DNA of 19,248 nt from a virus, in the UHGV virus genome UHGV-0135199, one strand, 5' to 3'. Below the pieces are notes generated by a model. The model was given only the letters and a program-made list of their open reading frames with translations. It was not told the DNA's origin and did no database searches. Of this stretch, positions 15,720 through 19,248 are shown one piece after another. Within the stretch, counting starts at the first letter, position 1, and every line of letters starts with the position of its first letter. A program made the translations under genes and the position numbers.

Positions 15720-15881
15720 GTAGAAGGTGTTATCTCGGATGGAAGTAAGCGTATTGCTGAACTGGAGGCCTGGGTTGAATACACAAGAGCTGCATACGTA
15801 AGAGCAAAAGACAAGGGAGATTTGATCAGAGTTATTACCAGCCAACCAACGGGATTTTACGCTTACGTACCATGTAATTAG
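15720..15881 (+). pseudogene. In-frame continuation of the Ea22-like reading frame after the TGA stop (53 codons, no start codon)
   Basis: Same frame as 15468..15719; translates VEGVISDGSKRIAELEAWVEYTRAAYVRAKDKGDLIRVITSQPTGFYAYVPCN; no in-frame ATG or GTG. Confidence 0.35.
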
Positions 15882-16017
15882 GAATCCTTGAAGTGGCAGC
15901 CTAACTGCGGATACACTGAAATGGCGATTTGGTAACATGTTTCGCACAAGGGTGTTACTACGCTTAGAGATAATCAGCCATGATTAAACGCTTTGTAAAA
16001 AGTAAAAGGAAATTACA

Positions 16018-16632
16018 ATGAAAAAATCAATACTAATTTTAGGGCTTACGTTAATTGTCTCATCTCAAATACCATCGGCAATGGCAAAAAATGAATCAAA
16101 ACTATGGGTTGTTGTTGATCGAACGGAAAGACATACCTGCCCTTCAAGTAAATGTGGAGTGGCTGGAAAACTATTTTTCAGGGAAGGCGTAGATTTTCTA
16201 GAAAAAAAAGGTGAATGGGTTCGTATAACTGAGCCATATTCAGCCTCATGTGTTGGAGGGGAAAGCGAATATATTAAAGAAGGTAATAAATCCTGCACAA
16301 GAAAAAATGGAATCGTTAATGGCAAGTTTTCAGAATGGGTTAAACTTAGTGATCTTAGCAGTGAAAGGCCATCAGATCCTGCTGAAAATGCGAGCGGAGA
16401 TGATACTTTAATCAAAGGATCTGATGACTACCGTATATACAAAAAAGAGTTTTCTTCGGCAGCTAGGAAGTTAATAAATGAAGGGGTCTGCACGGAAAGC
16501 GATTTTAAGGAAATCGGAGGGTGGATGGCATCAAGCAATAAGGGTGAAAACATCTATTTCACATATTGCGGAGGAATGACGTTGTCGAACAGAATATACC
16601 TAGATGTTAAAAGTGGAAAGACTTTTAGATAA
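16018..16632 (+). CDS. Hypothetical secreted protein (204 aa) with N-terminal signal peptide
   Basis: MKKSILILGLTLIVSSQIPSAMA followed by KNE (probable signal peptidase I site); eight Cys in the mature part; AAAAGGA SD; AT-rich; no family recognised. Confidence 0.7.
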   Translation: MKKSILILGLTLIVSSQIPSAMAKNESKLWVVVDRTERHTCPSSKCGVAGKLFFREGVDFLEKKGEWVRITEPYSASCVGGESEYIKEGNKSCTRKNGIVNGKFSEWVKLSDLSSERPSDPAENASGDDTLIKGSDDYRIYKKEFSSAARKLINEGVCTESDFKEIGGWMASSNKGENIYFTYCGGMTLSNRIYLDVKSGKTFR

Positions 16633-16704
16633 TATGATATTACCAATGACAGTATTGATTTAATGCCTCCATAGAATTATCTCTAGGAAGTAGGTATAAG
16701 AAAA

Positions 16705-16740
16705 GCCCGCACAATGAGCTGCTGCGGGCTTTGTGTTATT
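16705..16740 (+). terminator. Intrinsic terminator after the secreted-protein gene
   Basis: 7-bp stem gcccgca/tgcgggc with 11-nt loop followed by TTTGTGTTATT. Confidence 0.55.
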
Positions 16741-16782
16741 CGCCATATTTTATGAAGCAAATACGACACTATAGATAATTAA

Positions 16783-16928
16783 GCGTTGCTGGTTGTCGAT
16801 TCCTCAATCACTCCTGTGGATGGCTCTCTTCTTGTATGTGCCATTGAAGGGGAATATCGCGTAAAAAGATACCGGAAGTATCCGCGCCGCCATTATTGTC
16901 TTTCTCCTGATGCAGGAAAAGCAGAATG
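16783..16928 (+). pseudogene. C-terminal fragment of an S24 (LexA/UmuD-like) peptidase; no N-terminal domain or start codon
   Basis: Translates ALLVVDSSITPVDGSLLVCAIEGEYRVKRYRKYPRRHYCLSPDAGKAE; resembles the UmuD/LexA segment around the catalytic Lys (...[29 protein letters not shown]...) from recollection. Confidence 0.4.
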
Positions 16929-17259
16929 ATCCTACCCACGTAATATGGACACAGGCCTAAGCGAGGTTCTGGTTTTCAAATTGTTCCGGACTGAGGCCGC
17001 CACACCAACTGTGCCACGCGTCGCTTCAGGCGTGCGCCTTGCGAGTTTGGTGAGTACATCGCGTTACTGAGCCGCCAGGATGATGCACGTGTGCGCTGGC
17101 GTATAAAATCGATCAGCAGAAAACGTTGCGGTAAGTGCGGCGAGAGAGTTCCTGTTAATTCATGCCCGTGTAATGGTGACTCACAATGCTGGGTGACCAA
17201 AGGCTGGCACGAAACAAAATTAATGATATAAATCTCTGTGACATGTCACGGAGGCGGCA

Positions 17260-17688
17260 ATGAAATTAGACCAGCAATATCTAAAAGATCTACTTATCGC
17301 ATTCGAAAAAACTCGTGGCCCTGACACGATGCTTAGTGAACTAGAGGATAATGGCTTTAATAGATATGACCAAGATTTTATTTTCCATATGCGATTATTA
17401 TGTGACTACGAATTAATAGTCAGGGTTGATGGAAAACCTGGATTCGGTCATATAATGTCCAAAGCGTTAGGGGAAGGTGTTGGATATAGTTGGATCGAAG
17501 TACCACTGAGGTTGACAGCAAGAGGGCATGATTTTATTGCTGACTTACGTCAAAAGGATGTCTGGCAAGCTATAAAAACAAACTTTAAGGATGAGGGAAT
17601 TAGTACACTTATGAGTGTTTCAAAATCACTAGCAAAAGGCTTTGCAAGGAAAAAGATAAAAGATATTACAGGAATAGATATTGAATAA
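17260..17688 (+). CDS. Hypothetical protein (142 aa), AT-rich accessory gene upstream of orf55/xis
   Basis: ATG at 17260 preceded by GGAGG; MKLDQQYLKDLLIAFEKTRGPDTMLSELEDNGFNRYDQDFIFHMRLL...; no family confidently recognised. Confidence 0.7.
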   Translation: MKLDQQYLKDLLIAFEKTRGPDTMLSELEDNGFNRYDQDFIFHMRLLCDYELIVRVDGKPGFGHIMSKALGEGVGYSWIEVPLRLTARGHDFIADLRQKDVWQAIKTNFKDEGISTLMSVSKSLAKGFARKKIKDITGIDIE

Positions 17689-17771
17689 TTCTTAGCATCA
17701 AGCAACTACTGCCTTTGGTGGAAATTATATCTGAACTCGCTACGGCGAGTTTTGTTTTATGGAGATGATAA

Positions 17772-17939
17772 ATGCACTTCCGAGTCACAGGTGAATGGAA
17801 TGGAGAGCCATTCAACAGGGTTATCGAAGCAGAGAACATCAACGACTGCTATAACCACTGGATGATATGGGCGCAGATAGCGCATGCAGACGTAACCAAT
17901 ATTCGAATTGAAGAACTGAAAGAACACCAAGCCGCCTGA
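17772..17939 (+). CDS. Lambda orf55-like small protein
   Basis: Hand-translated MHFRVTGEWNGEPFNRVIEAENINDCYNHWMIWAQIAHADVTNIRIEELKEHQAA; GGAG SD; immediately upstream of xis. Confidence 0.65.
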   Translation: MHFRVTGEWNGEPFNRVIEAENINDCYNHWMIWAQIAHADVTNIRIEELKEHQAA

Positions 17940-17952
17940 TGGCGGTTTTTTC
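17932..17952 (+). terminator. Possible intrinsic terminator overlapping the orf55 stop
   Basis: ccgcc-tgat-ggcgg hairpin followed by TTTTTTC. Confidence 0.4.
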
Positions 17953-17978
17953 TTGCGTGTAATTGCGGAGACTTTGCG

Positions 17979-18197
17979 ATGTACTTGACACTTCAGGAGT
18001 GGAACGCACGCCAGCGACGCCCAAGAAGCCTTGAAACAGTTCGTCGATGGGTTCGCGAATGCAGGATATTCCCACCTCCGGTTAAGGATGGAAGAGAGTA
18101 TCTGTTCCACGAATCAGCGGTAAAGGTTGACTTAAATCGACCAGTAACAGGTAGCCTTTTGAAGAGGATCAGAAATGGGAAGAAGGCGAAGTCATGA
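17979..18197 (+). CDS. xis: Excisionase
   Basis: MYLTLQEWNARQRRPRSLETVRRWVRECRIFPPPVKDGREYLFHESAVKVDLNRPVTGSLLKRIRNGKKAKS is essentially lambda Xis. Confidence 0.95.
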   Translation: MYLTLQEWNARQRRPRSLETVRRWVRECRIFPPPVKDGREYLFHESAVKVDLNRPVTGSLLKRIRNGKKAKS

Positions 18198-19248
18198 GCG
18201 CCGGGATTTACCCCCTAACCTTTATATAAGAAACAATGGATATTACTGCTACAGGGACCCAAGGACGGGTAAAGAGTTTGGATTAGGCCGAGACAGGAGG
18301 ATAGCAATCACTGAAGCAATACAGGCCAATATTGAGTTACTCTCAGACAGCGGACGCAAATCACTGATAGACAGAATTAAAGGCGGTGACGCAATCACTC
18401 TTCATGTGTGGCTTGACCGATATGAAAGAATCCTCACCGAAAGGGGGATCAGGCCGAAAACTCTACTCGACTACGCCAGCAAAATCAGGGCAATCCGAAG
18501 AAAATTGCCGGACAAACCGCTCACTGACATATCAACGAAAGAAGTGGCAGCAATGCTAAACACCTACGTAGCAGAAGGTAAAGCAGCTTCCGCAAAATTA
18601 ATCAGGTCAACCCTTGTTGACGTTTTTCGTGAAGCAATAGCCGAGGGGCATGTGGCAACGAATCCGGTAACAGCAACCCGTACAGCAAAGTCAGAAGTAA
18701 GGCGCTCAAGGCTGACAGCTAATGAGTATGTCGAGATTTACCATGCAGCCGAACCTCTCCCTATCTGGCTAAGGCTGGCGATGGATTTGGCCGTCGTTAC
18801 AGGGCAGAGAGTCGGCGATTTGTGCAGAATGAAATGGTCAGACATAAACGACAACCATCTTCACATTGAACAGAGTAAAACAGGGGCTAAACTCGCCATT
18901 CCGCTAACGCTAACGATTGACGCGCTCAATATCTCATTGGCTGATACACTACAGAAATGCAGGGAGGCCAGCAGCAGTGAAACTATAATCGCATCAAAGC
19001 ATCACGATCCTCTTTCCCCGAAAACAGTATCAAAGTATTTTACAAAGGCGAGAAATGCATCTGGACTCTCATTTGATGGAAACCCGCCAACATTCCATGA
19101 ACTGCGTAGCCTGTCAGCGAGGCTATACCGGAACCAGATTGGCGATAAATTTGCTCAACGTCTTCTCGGGCATAAATCAGATTCAATGGCGGCGCGGTAT
19201 AGGGACAGCCGTGGACGGGAATGGGACAAAATTGAAATCGACAAATGA
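18175..19248 (+). CDS. int: Tyrosine integrase (lambda Int family)
   Basis: MGRRRSHERRDLPPNLYIRNNGYYCYRDPRTGKEFGLGRDRRIAITEAIQANIEL... through ...HELRSLSARLY...GHKSDSMAARYRDSRGREWDKIEIDK, including conserved catalytic-domain segments; overlaps xis by 23 bp as in lambda. Confidence 0.95.
   Translation: MGRRRSHERRDLPPNLYIRNNGYYCYRDPRTGKEFGLGRDRRIAITEAIQANIELLSDSGRKSLIDRIKGGDAITLHVWLDRYERILTERGIRPKTLLDYASKIRAIRRKLPDKPLTDISTKEVAAMLNTYVAEGKAASAKLIRSTLVDVFREAIAEGHVATNPVTATRTAKSEVRRSRLTANEYVEIYHAAEPLPIWLRLAMDLAVVTGQRVGDLCRMKWSDINDNHLHIEQSKTGAKLAIPLTLTIDALNISLADTLQKCREASSSETIIASKHHDPLSPKTVSKYFTKARNASGLSFDGNPPTFHELRSLSARLYRNQIGDKFAQRLLGHKSDSMAARYRDSRGREWDKIEIDK

Larger units (their letters stand above)
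1..19248. mobile_element. Segment of a lambdoid prophage (lysis cassette through integrase); both ends of the element lie outside the window
   Basis: Contiguous lambda/P22/phage-21-like gene order: Rz-R-S ... Q-nin-P-O-cII-cro-c2-N ... gam-bet-exo ... xis-int. Confidence 0.9.

Noticed and set aside
15289-15947. Minus-strand ORFs 15289..15585, 15399..15614, 15485..15700, 15654..15947
   Set aside because: Antisense to the TraR-like and Ea22-like genes; no RBS or homology
16065-16415. Minus-strand 116-aa ORF inside the secreted-protein gene
   Set aside because: Antisense to a gene with clear signal peptide and RBS
16976-17200. Minus-strand 74-aa ORF in the decayed interval
   Set aside because: No RBS, no homology; overlaps the plus-strand Cys-rich remnant; neither is convincing as an intact gene
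17757-18110. Minus-strand ORFs antisense to orf55 and xis
   Set aside because: Overlap near-identical lambda xis and the orf55 frame
1-19248. Looked for CRISPR arrays, tRNA genes, IS elements and Shiga toxin genes (the Q-S interval is where stx sits in Stx phages)
   Set aside because: No repeat-spacer arrays, no tRNA-like cloverleaf candidates noticed, no transposase-like ORFs or terminal inverted repeats, and the Q-S interval holds an AraC-type regulator rather than toxin subunits

Overview
This window is a roughly 19 kb stretch of a mosaic lambdoid prophage (enterobacterial type), running from the lysis cassette at the left edge to the integrase at the right edge, in reverse orientation to the conventional lambda map. 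Reading left to right: Rz/Rz1, SAR endolysin, pinholin, an AraC-family regulator, Q, the nin region (ylcG, rusA, ybcO, ninE, ybcN), an AT-rich two-gene cassette, P, O with ori iterons, cII, cro, a P22-type c2 repressor with OR/OL operators and nutR/nutL, N-like antiterminator, sieB, ral, ea10, cIII, kil, gam, bet, exo, several small lambda-like ORFs, a TraR-like protein, an Ea22-like ORF, two AT-rich accessory genes, xis and int. The strongest candidate for an undescribed system is the co-transcribed pair at 5432..7071 (a 221-aa soluble protein plus a 319-aa protein with three C-terminal hydrophobic helices), which sits where lambda carries ren. Other accessory genes of unknown function are the AraC-family regulator between Q and the holin, a signal-peptide protein at 16018..16632, a 142-aa protein at 17260..17688, and two genes inserted between holin and endolysin. 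All identifications rest on reading the translations and recalling protein families; no database search, GC calculation or structure prediction was run, and att sites lie outside the window.
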